Shown here: piece after piece, positions 1 to 9,589 of the stretch
Numbering within the stretch: position 1 is the stretch's first letter
Layout of the letters: each line of letters begins with the position of its first letter
Origin: Bacteroidales bacterium
GTDB taxonomy: Bacteria; Bacteroidota; Bacteroidia; Bacteroidales; TTA-H9
DNA length: 64,000 nucleotides
Direction: 5' to 3'
NCBI GenBank assembly: GCA_049969475.1
Contig: JBMFOU010000014.1
Span: 8,700-72,699, forward strand
Notes under the pieces: model-generated
Database searches by the model: none
Told to the model about the DNA's origin: nothing
The model's input: the letters and a program-made list of their open reading frames with translations, nothing else
Position numbers and translations under genes: made by a program

Positions 1-849
1 GAACTGGTGCTTAAGAGAAATTTGGAATTAAGAAGCAGGAAGTTGTTCAATGATGAGGCGGCCCATTTGGTTACCGATCCGGTTCGCTTCAATCAGATTC
101 TTATTAACTTGATAAACAATGCAGTAAAATTTACTCATAAGGGTTATATCGAAGTGGGGTATCGTTTGCAAGATGCCTATACCTTGATGGTGTATGTAAA
201 GGATACAGGTATTGGTATTGCTGAGGAAAAGCAAAAAATAATTTTTGAGCGGTTTATGCAGGCCGACAATTCTCACAGCCGTCAGTATGAAGGCACCGGG
301 CTGGGATTGGCCATTGCATCAGCCCTAGTGAACCTTCTTAGGGGCAAAATTTGGGTGGAATCCACCGAAGGAGCGGGCTCTACGTTCTTTTTCACCATAC
401 CTTATATTCCTATCGAAGCTGGGGTCGAAAGGATTAATCAGGAAGCTCCTGAAGTGACTCGTGTTCCCGACTTTACTGGAAAAACTATTCTCATTGCCGA
501 GGACGTGGAAGATAACTGGTTGTTTTTCAGATCGGCTCTGCAAAAAACCAATGCTCGGCTTGTTTGGGTAAAAAATGGAAGGGAAGCCGTTGACCGGGCC
601 CTATCCGGCCGTCCACCAGATTTGATATTGATGGACCTGCGCATGCCGGTACTCAACGGATACGATGCTACCCGGGAAATAAAGAAACAGCGGCCTAATA
701 TTCCCATCATTGCTCAAACTGCTTACTCATTGGATGGCGACAGAACCAAAAGCCTTGAAGCGGGTTGTGATGAATACATAACCAAACCCATCGATATTCC
801 CAGTCTTTATTCTTTGCTCGATCGTTTTCTGGGAACTTATGGGCTTTAG
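1..849 (+). CDS. hybrid sensor histidine kinase/response regulator, C-terminal part (5' end lies outside the window)
   Basis: The frame is open from base 1. HATPase_c boxes (NLINNAVKFT, DTGIGI, GTGLGLAI) are followed by a receiver domain (ILIAEDVEDN, DLILMDLRMP, ITKP). Confidence 0.85.
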   Translation, partial: ELVLKRNLELRSRKLFNDEAAHLVTDPVRFNQILINLINNAVKFTHKGYIEVGYRLQDAYTLMVYVKDTGIGIAEEKQKIIFERFMQADNSHSRQYEGTGLGLAIASALVNLLRGKIWVESTEGAGSTFFFTIPYIPIEAGVERINQEAPEVTRVPDFTGKTILIAEDVEDNWLFFRSALQKTNARLVWVKNGREAVDRALSGRPPDLILMDLRMPVLNGYDATREIKKQRPNIPIIAQTAYSLDGDRTKSLEAGCDEYITKPIDIPSLYSLLDRFLGTYGL

Positions 850-1027
850 TTATTAATTCGTTGTAAGAGCTTGATTTTTAATATATTTTTTAAGGTGAGA
901 TTTTTTTTGTTAATTCATTAACAATATCGGTGGCGCTTCGGTTTTTTTAATTTCTTTTGCATTCACTGAGCCTGCTGGCATGTATTAATATTAAGTATTT
1001 GATAATTAAACGCAAGCGCTGTTTGTA

Positions 1028-2773
1028 ATGAATAAAGTTTTAAAAATTAGGGATGTAACCTTGCGCGATGGGCAGCAGTCGCTTTTTGCCACACGCATGA
1101 GCAGTGAACAGATTCTTAAGGTTATTGATTCCTATCGAGAAGCCGGTTTCTATGCCCTGGAGGTATGGGGCGGAGCAGTTCCCGATGCAGTGATGCGCTA
1201 CTTAAACGAGGATCCCTGGGAACGGCTGGAATTCATTCATCAGAAAATTGGGCCAGGTACTTTATTAACTGCTTTATCGAGAGGTAGAAATCTATTTGGG
1301 TATAACCCCTATCCAGAGACTGTCATTGAAGGTTTTCTTCGCAATGCCATCGAATCAGGTGTTGGAATTATGCGGGTATTCGATGCGTTGAACGATACTG
1401 ACAACATTCGTTCTTCGTTGGCTTATATAAAAAAATATGGAGGGATAGCCGATGCTGCTATATGCTATACTGTTGATCCTAAATTTTCTACCCGTTCGAG
1501 GGTGAAAGCTTTCATTCATGGGAGAAACCTGCCGGGTCGCATATTTGCCGATGATTATTTTGTAGCCAAGGCTAAAGAATTGGAGTCGATGGGGGCCGAT
1601 ATGATTACCATTAAAGATATGGCCGGCCTGATTCCGCCGATGCGCACCTATCGGCTCATTCGCCGCCTAAAACAAGAACTGAGTATTCCTATCGATTTTC
1701 ATACACATTGCACACCTGGTTACGGCCTTGCCTCTGCGCTTATGGCTATTTGGGCGGAGGTGGATATTCTTGATACCGGAATTCTCAACTTTGCCGGAGG
1801 CCCAGGCGCCCCGGCATTCGAAATCATCCAATTGTTTTGCGATAAACTGGGCATAGCCACAGGAATTAACCTGGAAGCCGTTGGTACTATTAACGAAAGA
1901 CTGGGTGAAATAAGAAAATTACTTTCTGCTTTTGATACGGCACCCTATATGCCCCGTCCTTTCAACATAAGTCGCGACAATATTCCCATGGAAGTTCATC
2001 AGGCCTTCGACCAGGCCATTCTGGCTGCTACCGACCAGAGGCAAGAAGATTTGCTCAAAGCCTGCCATACCATAGAGGATTATTTTCAGCTTCCCCCACC
2101 GGATGAAAAAATTAAAGAAGCTGAAATACCCGGTGGGATGTACACCAACATGCTCGCTCAGCTCAAGCAATTGCGGCTCGATCATTTGCTTCCTCGTACA
2201 CTTGAGCTTATACCCGAGGTCAGGTTATCTGCAGGCCTTCCACCGTTGGTTACTCCTACTAGTCAGATTATTGGAGTTCAGGCAGTTAATTGTGCTATCG
2301 ACGAGGCAAAAGGTTTACCGATGTACACTACCCGCTCGTTGCAGTTTGTTAATCTGGTGAAAGGCGTTTATGGGAAAACCCCTTATCCAGTTGACCCTGA
2401 ATTTCGCTACCGTGTGGCTGGAGTCCGCGAGGAGACACCCTACGATACCCGTCAATACAAGCCTCAGCCTAATCCGGTATTTGAGGAGTATGGTAATTTG
2501 CGACTTGCCAGTACTGAAAAGGAAGAATTGTTGTTAGAGTTGTTTCCCGGAGTAGCGACCGATTTTTTGAAACAAAGAGTTGAGCAACGCTATCTGGAAC
2601 AGATTCACCGTATTGAAGAGGAAAAGAGACGAAGGCTGGAAGAGGAAAAGAGGCGTTATGAACAATTAAGCCCTGAGGAAAAACAGGCACGTCTCCTGGA
2701 AGGCCTATACAGCAACAACTGGCAGGTAGAGGGTTTTTCAGTTGATGAGGATTATTTGCTGGGGCATTCGTAA
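1028..2773 (+). CDS. oxaloacetate decarboxylase alpha / transcarboxylase 5S-type carboxyltransferase, with no biotinyl domain
   Basis: HMGL-like TIM-barrel motifs are present (IRDVTLRDGQQS, IKDMAG, HTHCTPG), followed by a PYC_OADA-like region. The C-terminus is a charged EEEKRRRLEEEKRRYE tail with no AMKM biotin-attachment motif. Confidence 0.8.
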   Translation: MNKVLKIRDVTLRDGQQSLFATRMSSEQILKVIDSYREAGFYALEVWGGAVPDAVMRYLNEDPWERLEFIHQKIGPGTLLTALSRGRNLFGYNPYPETVIEGFLRNAIESGVGIMRVFDALNDTDNIRSSLAYIKKYGGIADAAICYTVDPKFSTRSRVKAFIHGRNLPGRIFADDYFVAKAKELESMGADMITIKDMAGLIPPMRTYRLIRRLKQELSIPIDFHTHCTPGYGLASALMAIWAEVDILDTGILNFAGGPGAPAFEIIQLFCDKLGIATGINLEAVGTINERLGEIRKLLSAFDTAPYMPRPFNISRDNIPMEVHQAFDQAILAATDQRQEDLLKACHTIEDYFQLPPPDEKIKEAEIPGGMYTNMLAQLKQLRLDHLLPRTLELIPEVRLSAGLPPLVTPTSQIIGVQAVNCAIDEAKGLPMYTTRSLQFVNLVKGVYGKTPYPVDPEFRYRVAGVREETPYDTRQYKPQPNPVFEEYGNLRLASTEKEELLLELFPGVATDFLKQRVEQRYLEQIHRIEEEKRRRLEEEKRRYEQLSPEEKQARLLEGLYSNNWQVEGFSVDEDYLLGHS

Positions 2774-2782
2774 TTTTGCACC

Positions 2783-3421
2783 ATGCACGATCATTTTACC
2801 CAACTGTTGCTGGTTTTCACTTCCTTCTTCTCCCTAATTAATCCACTGGGTGCCATGCCCGTTTTTATGACTATGACCAGTCGCCTCAACGAACGGGAAA
2901 AGAAACGCACTGCCCTGCGTGCCTGCATTACCGCTTTTGCAACCCTGATGGTTTTTGCATTTACGGGACAACTTCTCTTTAAAGTCTTTGGTATCTCTGT
3001 GAATGGATTTCGCATCGTGGGCGGGGTTATTTTTTTCTTGATGGGCTACGATATGCTCAATGCTCGTATAAGCCGCATTAAGATTAGCAAAAAAGATGTT
3101 AAAGAATATGTTGATGACATTTCAATTACTCCTTTGGGAATTCCTATTTTAGCTGGTCCGGGCAGTATAACCAATAGCATTGTGCTCATGGAAGACGCTC
3201 ATGGACTCACCGCGCGGCTTATTCTCATCGTTGCTATTCTACTCGTTCTCATCATCGCCTATTTTTCGTTGGTAGGCTCAGGCCAATTTTTGCGGTTGGT
3301 AGGCGAGACAGGTAATAAAGTGCTCACCAAGCTTATGGGACTTATCGTCATGGTTATAGCTGTAGAATTTTTTGTTAGCGGAATTAAGCCCATCGTAAGA
3401 GATATTCTGATGATTGGTTGA
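2783..3421 (+). CDS. MarC family (UPF0056) integral membrane protein
   Basis: It has the NPLGAMPVF signature near the N-terminus and several hydrophobic helices. It starts 9 nt after the upstream stop codon. Confidence 0.75.
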   Translation: MHDHFTQLLLVFTSFFSLINPLGAMPVFMTMTSRLNEREKKRTALRACITAFATLMVFAFTGQLLFKVFGISVNGFRIVGGVIFFLMGYDMLNARISRIKISKKDVKEYVDDISITPLGIPILAGPGSITNSIVLMEDAHGLTARLILIVAILLVLIIAYFSLVGSGQFLRLVGETGNKVLTKLMGLIVMVIAVEFFVSGIKPIVRDILMIG

Positions 3422-3448
3422 TGTTATTTTAAGTCCCAAGAGTCCCCC

Positions 3449-3488
3449 AAAAAAAGAGGCCGGATGTTTAGGGTCCGGCCTCTTTTTT
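3449..3488. terminator. bidirectional intrinsic terminator between convergent genes
   Basis: Stem gaggccgga (3456-3464) pairs with tccggcctc (3474-3482). An A-run lies upstream and a T-run downstream. Confidence 0.7.
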
Positions 3489-3506
3489 GGGGTCAGGGTT
3501 TATGTA

Positions 3507-4256
3507 CTATTCCATGGCAGCAGCCAGTTCGTCAGTCATAGCCATGTTATGATAAACGTTCTGCACGTCGTCGTCTTCCTCAAAAATATCGATCACTTTC
3601 ATGATTTTTTTTGCGGTCTCCAGGTCCACTTCGATAGTAGATAAGGGGATGCGCTGCAATTGAGCACTTTCAGGTTCTATTCCCAGACTTTCAAGTTTTT
3701 TCATCATGGGGCCAAAATCTTCCATGGCTGTATTGACGGTTACGATGCCGTTTTCTTCATCCACATCAATATCTTCGGCGCCTGCATCAATGGCTTCGAG
3801 CTCAAACTCTTCCATATTCTTAATCTGATTCAGTGGAATGGTGAAAATGCCTTTGCGTTCGAAGATGTGAGCCAGTGAGCCGTTGGTACCCAGGCTTCCA
3901 CCGTATTTGTTGAAAATGCTTCTGACATTGCTAACTGTACGCTGAACATTGTCGGTGGTGCATTCCACAAAAATGGCAACCCCGCTGATGTAACCTTCAT
4001 AGGTGGTTTCCTGGAAATTGGCGGTATCTTTATCGGACCCTTTATTGATGGCTCTGAGGATATTATCCTTAGGCATACTTGCCCCTTTCGCATTGGCAAT
4101 GGCCAGACGTAGCCGCGGGTTGGATTCGGGATCAGAGCCTCCCTCTTTAACAGCTACCGTAATTTCTTTAATGATTTTGGAAAAAATTTTGGAGCGCTTG
4201 GCATCCAGTGCCCCTTTCTTACGCTTGATGGTTGACCATTTATTATGACCTGACAT
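3507..4256 (-). CDS. yebC: YebC/PmpR family DNA-binding transcriptional regulator
   Basis: The N-terminus MSGHNKWSTIKRKKGALDAKRSKIF, the 249-aa length and the overall layout are typical of the YebC family. Confidence 0.9.
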   Translation of the reverse strand: MSGHNKWSTIKRKKGALDAKRSKIFSKIIKEITVAVKEGGSDPESNPRLRLAIANAKGASMPKDNILRAINKGSDKDTANFQETTYEGYISGVAIFVECTTDNVQRTVSNVRSIFNKYGGSLGTNGSLAHIFERKGIFTIPLNQIKNMEEFELEAIDAGAEDIDVDEENGIVTVNTAMEDFGPMMKKLESLGIEPESAQLQRIPLSTIEVDLETAKKIMKVIDIFEEDDDVQNVYHNMAMTDELAAAME

Positions 4257-4369
4257 ATAAAGGATTTTTAATGTAACTCGTTTGGGGGGTGTAAAATTAC
4301 AACAAAGCAGGGTAATTCACAAGAAAGCCGCGTAAGCATTTGGTATATAGGGGATAATTCTCATTAAAC

Positions 4370-4394
4370 AGAAAAACCGGAGCCAATGTCCGGT
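4370..4394 (-). terminator. intrinsic terminator downstream of the receptor gene
   Basis: On the minus strand, stem ACCGGA/TCCGGT (4376-4381 with 4389-4394) is followed by TTTTTCTGTTT. Confidence 0.6.
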
Positions 4395-4420
4395 CTTCTG
4401 TCCTGAAGTTGTTTTCTTAT

Positions 4421-6970
4421 TTAATTGAAGGACTCTGCTTCTTCCATGGTATCCTGCAGGCGCTGCTGACGTCGTTTGTAGTCGTTAAATTTGTAGGAGA
4501 ACCCGATGAAGAGAGTTCTACTGTCGCGCGTCCGCTTCGACTCAGATGTGAAGTTTTCACCAAAAGTTGTAATTTGATATTTCATGGTTTTGAAAATATC
4601 GCTCAGGCGCAGCGTCAGGGTACCTTTGCCACCCATGATGTCTTTTTTGAGTCCGGCATCGGCCCAGTAGTTTTCTGACATACGTCCCTGGCTGCCCATC
4701 ATGAAGAAGCCGCCGCCGGGCCCACCCATACGTCCTCCGCCGACGGAAGGATTGAAAATAACAGGCGAGTTGTAATTAAATGAAAGTTGAAGGTCGAAAA
4801 TATTGGGAATCATCATCATCGACATAAAGCGAACGGTCCATGAATTGCTGGCGGCATTATCGCCTGTTACATCGGGTCCCATAAGGGCAGAATGGAAATA
4901 GCTAAAATTGCCGTTCATTCTCCACCAGCGAGCTAATTGCTGGGTAACAATAAATTCCAGCCCGTAGGCCTCGGCTTTATTTTGATTGCGGAAGGTAGTA
5001 AAAGAAGTTCCGTTAGGATAGACGGTCATGATACGTGAGATGACACCGCTGGTATTGCGGTAGTAAACCGAAGGGCTCAGGGTAGTTTTTCCCATTTGCA
5101 TGGTATAGCCTAATTCCAGTGAGTTGGAATATTCGGGTTTCAAGGCTGGGTTACCGGCCGACAGGTTGAGTGGGTCGGTATAGTTGATAAAAGGATTGAG
5201 CACCCATGGACCAGGCCTGTTTACCCTCCGCGAATAGCTCAGCTGAAGTTGATGATTGTCGTTAAAGCTATATTTGATAATGGCTGAAGGATAGGGGCTG
5301 AAATAAGTATTTTTGTATATCGAATCCTGTGTTTTCTGGTCAGAATTTATGGTAGCTATTTCAGCTCTCAAACCTGCCTGTACATAAAGTTTATCAGTTA
5401 TTTTCCGCGAATAGTTTATATAAACAGCGTTAAGGTATTCGGAATAAACATATCTATTGCTGCGGGTGGGATCGATGACCCAGGTGGAGTCGGTGAAATT
5501 ATAAAAGCCGTAATCAGAATCATTGAAGTTGTATGAAAATTTATATCCCGTTTCAACCCTTCCCGACCCTAATTGGCTTACATAATCAGTTTGGGCGGTA
5601 AGCACCCTGCGGGTATTGCCTGAAAGTGTCTGCTGCCTGATAAGGAAGGGATTCATGGAAGGGTTTTGTGGATAATTGAGCTGATCGATGATGTTCGTAT
5701 TGTCTCCTGTGCCGTTGGAGTAGAAAGCATCTGCGGTCCATTCCCTCCATTTTTCATCGAACTTTCGGGTATAATTAAAAGAGAGTTCATAGCCACTATT
5801 GCTATTATCGCTGTTGGATCGGCGGTTAAAGAAACGGGTCGTATCGAACAGGTAATTCTGATAAATGTTGTCCATGTTTTCCCTTCCGGTAAAGTCGCGT
5901 GTATTGTAGCGGCCGCTCAGGGTAAAACTGTTGTAATTATCCGGCATAAAATCGAAGCCCAGTCCAAGGTTGTGGAATTTTCCACTTCGGCGATTGATTC
6001 CGGATTGAGTAAGATAGTTCGAGGTGTCGTTGATCGTGGTTTCACGGAACAGATCGCTGGTGCCGCTGCCTCCAAATTGCCTGAAATCGTAAGAAGTAAA
6101 CAGGTTCCATTTTTTTACCCGGTAGTTGAGGTTGAACGAGCCGTTGTATTTATCACCGGTTCCTGCATTGGCACTTACCATTCCATTGATGCCCAGGGCT
6201 TTATTTTTCTTTAAGATAATGTTAATAATCCCCGTGGTACCGTCAGGATCGTAGCGAGCTGAGGGGTTGGTCACAATTTCCACCCTTTCAATCATGCTGG
6301 CAGGTAATTGGTCGAGGCTGGTAAGCATAGAAGGTTTGCCATCAATAAGTATGGTTACATTACCGGATCCTCTGAGGCTTACGTTCCCGTCAATGTCAAC
6401 CTGCACGGCCGGTATAGTTTGCATGATGTCGATTGCGGTTCCCCCGGCTGAAACCACGTTTTGTTCAACGTTGTATACTTTTTTATCGAGATTGTACTCC
6501 ATTACCGATTTTTTTTCGGTAATTTCCACGCCCTGAAGGGCCTTTCCGGATGGTCTAAGCCGTATAGTACCCAGATTAATCTCCGTTTCGCGGGGTGTTA
6601 TAAAGATGGAGTCGATGGTTCGTGTGGGATATCCAATAAAGCTAATCATTGCGTAAAAGCGACCAAAGGGTAACTTTTCCAGTATAAAATTCCCCTTGGC
6701 ATCGGTAACTGTGCCATCCACCAATGATGAGTCGCGTTTTTTATAAATAGCTATATTGGTATATTCCAGGGGGGTTTTAGTGTCAGCATCAATGACACGT
6801 CCTTTGATAGTGCCTATGCGCTGGTTCATCATGGCTACCCGGGCTTCGGGCGAAATATTTTGCCCCTGTCGATCAGGGCCGGGTCGAACACCCTGTCCAT
6901 GCATTGCAGTTGTAATCAATAAAAAAGCCCAAAGGGCCGAGCTGTTTACTATCTTTCGAGAAAAAATCAT
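4421..6970 (-). CDS. TonB-dependent receptor-like outer membrane beta-barrel protein with a carboxypeptidase-regulatory-like N-domain
   Basis: It has a signal peptide, a CarboxypepD_reg-like segment (IKGRVIDADTKTPLEYTNIAIY), a plug motif (VSLRGSGNVTILIDGKP) and a long Y/N/S/T-rich barrel. Confidence 0.8.
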   Translation of the reverse strand: MIFSRKIVNSSALWAFLLITTAMHGQGVRPGPDRQGQNISPEARVAMMNQRIGTIKGRVIDADTKTPLEYTNIAIYKKRDSSLVDGTVTDAKGNFILEKLPFGRFYAMISFIGYPTRTIDSIFITPRETEINLGTIRLRPSGKALQGVEITEKKSVMEYNLDKKVYNVEQNVVSAGGTAIDIMQTIPAVQVDIDGNVSLRGSGNVTILIDGKPSMLTSLDQLPASMIERVEIVTNPSARYDPDGTTGIINIILKKNKALGINGMVSANAGTGDKYNGSFNLNYRVKKWNLFTSYDFRQFGGSGTSDLFRETTINDTSNYLTQSGINRRSGKFHNLGLGFDFMPDNYNSFTLSGRYNTRDFTGRENMDNIYQNYLFDTTRFFNRRSNSDNSNSGYELSFNYTRKFDEKWREWTADAFYSNGTGDNTNIIDQLNYPQNPSMNPFLIRQQTLSGNTRRVLTAQTDYVSQLGSGRVETGYKFSYNFNDSDYGFYNFTDSTWVIDPTRSNRYVYSEYLNAVYINYSRKITDKLYVQAGLRAEIATINSDQKTQDSIYKNTYFSPYPSAIIKYSFNDNHQLQLSYSRRVNRPGPWVLNPFINYTDPLNLSAGNPALKPEYSNSLELGYTMQMGKTTLSPSVYYRNTSGVISRIMTVYPNGTSFTTFRNQNKAEAYGLEFIVTQQLARWWRMNGNFSYFHSALMGPDVTGDNAASNSWTVRFMSMMMIPNIFDLQLSFNYNSPVIFNPSVGGGRMGGPGGGFFMMGSQGRMSENYWADAGLKKDIMGGKGTLTLRLSDIFKTMKYQITTFGENFTSESKRTRDSRTLFIGFSYKFNDYKRRQQRLQDTMEEAESFN

Positions 6971-7092
6971 GGAAAATGTATTTTAAACCGTGTATTTGAA
7001 TGTCGGAGACCTTTACGGTTTAAAGCCTTAACGGTTTTTTACATACTTTATCTTCTAAAAAGGCTTATTGTTCATTAAAAAAATTGATAATT

Positions 7093-7119
7093 AAAAAAGC
7101 CGGGCATCTGCACCCGGCT
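7093..7119 (-). terminator. intrinsic terminator downstream of the usp gene
   Basis: Stem agccggg (7098-7104) pairs with cccggct (7113-7119). The minus strand reads stem then TTTTTT. Confidence 0.65.
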
Positions 7120-7139
7120 TCCATAAAGGGGTATTAATC

Positions 7140-7979
7140 TCAATAATCAACGAGCTTGGCCCAATTGAATTCTCTGGGATTGATGCACATTACGGGTATT
7201 TGAGAGGAATTGAAGATAATATCTTCGTCGTAGCTTCCAAAGATGAAAGAAGCAAAACCTTTCTCCGGGTTGGTCATAATCATGATAAGGTCAGCATTGA
7301 TGGAAGTGGCATATTCGATAACCTGCTTGCTGAAATCACTGCTCTTTTCAGCCATTTTCACCGTGAACTTAATACCGTTTTTAGTAAACCAACCCGTAAT
7401 AGTTTTTACTGCTTCTGAGATTTCTTCACCCGGGAGCTGATAGATGTGGATAGTGCTGTTGAAACTGGATGCAATGTAAGCGGCCCATTTGGTTTTTTCC
7501 CATGGACCGGCATCGGAGGTAATGGGAAGAACAATGTTACGATAACCATTATCGAAGGAGCGCTTTTGCACTACTACCACCGGGGCCGGACTTGAAGAGA
7601 TAACTTTCATGGCATAACTGCCCGTAAGCATTTGTTCGAGACCGACTTTTCCGTGAGTACCCATGTAGAGTAGGCGGGCTCCCTTCTCTTTAGCTACCTC
7701 TCCTATAGTGGTAAAAATGCTCCCCTCTTGTGCAATATATTCAGCTTCAATACCATAAGTGGATTTGATGTTGTTGCAGATGGCTTCAAGTTTCTGGTTG
7801 ATGCTTTCAATAGTCTGATTTTCCTTCATGAGGTTGAACTTCGTGTTTTTATCTATCACATGAAGGACGACAACTTTGTATTTCAGAAATTTAGCAGCCT
7901 CGCAAGCCTGATTGACAGCATTTTCGGCTACTTCTGTGAAATCAGTCGGAACCAGGACGATATTATTGGTGGTTTCCAT
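7140..7979 (-). CDS. universal stress protein, tandem Usp domains
   Basis: There are two Usp-like halves (NIVLVPTDFTEVAENAV, GARLLYMGTHGK; NIVLPITSD, ADLIMIMT) in a 279-aa protein. Confidence 0.8.
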   Translation of the reverse strand: METTNNIVLVPTDFTEVAENAVNQACEAAKFLKYKVVVLHVIDKNTKFNLMKENQTIESINQKLEAICNNIKSTYGIEAEYIAQEGSIFTTIGEVAKEKGARLLYMGTHGKVGLEQMLTGSYAMKVISSSPAPVVVVQKRSFDNGYRNIVLPITSDAGPWEKTKWAAYIASSFNSTIHIYQLPGEEISEAVKTITGWFTKNGIKFTVKMAEKSSDFSKQVIEYATSINADLIMIMTNPEKGFASFIFGSYDEDIIFNSSQIPVMCINPREFNWAKLVDY

Positions 7980-8017
7980 AAAAGTATGATTTGAAATTTA
8001 GACTTCGTTTCCGAAGA

Positions 8018-8025
8018 CAAAGATA
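8018..8025 (-). promoter_or_regulatory. candidate Bacteroidota -7 box (TATCTTTG) for usp
   Basis: The reverse complement of caaagata matches TAnnTTTG. It lies 39-46 nt upstream of the start at 7979. Confidence 0.4.
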
Positions 8026-8092
8026 AGAAATTAAAAAGTCCATTAGGAGATATTTACCAAAAATTCATGCGCAAGAAAATTTGGGCAACTTT

Positions 8093-9292
8093 CTATTCTC
8101 CCGTTTCGTCTGTATCTTCAGCAGATTCCATTTCCTCTGGCAGGAAAGATTTTCCTGTGTTGAGCAAGGGTTCGATGCGGCGGACAATTTGCCATGCCAA
8201 CCTTCCTACATGTGCATTGGTATTATTTAGCATAATGATGGTGAGCCCAGCGTCGGGAATTCGGGTAAAAGTGGCTGTAAATCCATGCCACAGACCGTTA
8301 TGATAGATAATGGGTCTTCCATCTAGCGTTTTGAGCCTCCACCCAAAGCCATAAAATGTTTCTCTATTGTTGTTGAGCTTACCTGGAGTAAACGCCAGAT
8401 TGCGAAGACTATCACCAAGTAGAATGTCGCTAGTCCAGGCTTTGCTGTACTTGAAAAGGTCGGCAGGCGTGGAGTAAATGCTTTTGTCGCCCAATACATC
8501 GTCGAGTGGGTCGGGCCACGGAACTTCAGCAGCAGGATTTTTTCCCCGGTGCCCAATGGCTACTTCACGCGTTTCGAATACAGAGCGGTCGTAGGCAAAA
8601 GTATTTTCCATTTCCAGGGGTTCAAAAATGCGGGTTTTCAAAAAGGCTTGAAAAGGTTGGCCGCTTACTTTTTCAACTAAAAGGGCTAGCAGGGCATAAC
8701 CCGTGTTGGAATACTGAAAACGGGTGCCTGGTTTAAAACGCAGAGGCAGCTTATTTTTTACGAGTAATTCCAGCATGTCTTCATTGGTGCGGGGAGCCCC
8801 ATCTCTCCATTTGCTTGCCGCTATGCCTACATAATTGGGAACACCTGAGGTATGATTAAGTAAATGCCTTACCGTTACTGAGGGATAAGGAAATTCAGGG
8901 AGGTAGTTTTTTAAGGGTTCATCAAGACGAATACGACCTTCCTGTACCAATAGTAGCACCGATAAAGCTGTAAATGATTTACTTACAGAAGCTAGTTGGA
9001 ATGGGGTCTCCTCGGTTAAAAGATTGCGCTGTCTCAAACTGGCTAAACCAATTGCATTCTCGTATAATACATAATCCTTATACCCAATGAGAACGCTTCC
9101 GTTGAATTTATTTTTAATCAGAATTTCATCCACAATTTGTTTGATTTCCAATAATTGTGAATCGGGGAGGGGTGGATTCTCTTTTTTAACTCCTCCTGCA
9201 CCAGGGTGTGTTACTGTATATTCTCCAGTGCGTGCCCTCGCAGGACTGAGCAAAAGGAGCCATATAAAAAGCAGTACTCTGAGAACCAGCAT
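8093..9292 (-). CDS. serine hydrolase, beta-lactamase/penicillin-binding family
   Basis: It has an SxxK motif (ASVSKSF), YSNTGY, and the signal peptide MLVLRVLLFIWLLLLSPARA. I chose the ATG at 9292 over the TTG at 9334. Confidence 0.8.
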   Translation of the reverse strand: MLVLRVLLFIWLLLLSPARARTGEYTVTHPGAGGVKKENPPLPDSQLLEIKQIVDEILIKNKFNGSVLIGYKDYVLYENAIGLASLRQRNLLTEETPFQLASVSKSFTALSVLLLVQEGRIRLDEPLKNYLPEFPYPSVTVRHLLNHTSGVPNYVGIAASKWRDGAPRTNEDMLELLVKNKLPLRFKPGTRFQYSNTGYALLALLVEKVSGQPFQAFLKTRIFEPLEMENTFAYDRSVFETREVAIGHRGKNPAAEVPWPDPLDDVLGDKSIYSTPADLFKYSKAWTSDILLGDSLRNLAFTPGKLNNNRETFYGFGWRLKTLDGRPIIYHNGLWHGFTATFTRIPDAGLTIIMLNNTNAHVGRLAWQIVRRIEPLLNTGKSFLPEEMESAEDTDETGE

Positions 9293-9523
9293 TTTAGTTT
9301 CCTTTGAATTCCTCAGTAAAGGTTTAGAGCGCAAAATTAATCTTATTGAGGCAAAATGAACCCTTCAGACGCTTGAAGATATTCAGTTTTTTTTCACAGA
9401 ATTAATCGCATGAATTTTATAGGTTATTGATAATCTGATACCCATAATGATTAGCAGGATTTTTCGCTCGATAGCAATTAATAAGGAGGCCTATGCGCAT
9501 AATTTTATGCTTTATCTATTCGT

Positions 9524-9531
9524 TAATTTTG
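9524..9531 (+). promoter_or_regulatory. candidate -7 box (TAATTTTG)
   Basis: It matches TAnnTTTG and lies 59 nt upstream of the ATG at 9590. Confidence 0.35.
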
Positions 9532-9589
9532 CACCCCCTGGACAAACTTTTTTTAGGGGATTGAGTCATTGAGAACATCTTCCATTCAC

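Noticed and set aside
5666-6214. A 182-aa ORF on the + strand inside the receptor gene. The same applies to the other track ORFs at 4409-4678, 6267-6536, 6461-6673 and 6756-6986.
   Set aside because: These lie entirely antisense to a long ORF with clear receptor motifs. They have low-complexity translations and no start context, which is typical of shadow ORFs.
6985-7065. Two consecutive hairpins in the leader of the 4421-6970 receptor gene (AAGCCTT/AAGGCTT and AAACCGT/ACGGTTT, with a second ACGGTTT copy). I considered a riboswitch or attenuator.
   Set aside because: The stems are only 7 bp. I recognised no conserved riboswitch core (no B12 box or similar) and found no clear promoter placement. 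The hairpins could be fortuitous in AT-rich DNA.
9569-9589. N-terminal extensions produced by upstream TTG/GTG starts in the ORF track (9569, 9334, 13397, 17230, 22442, 37673, 40745, 52485, 58646, 59349).
   Set aside because: In each case a downstream ATG gives a canonical signal peptide, lipobox or family N-terminus, or a promoter box lies inside the extension. I therefore used the shorter coordinates.
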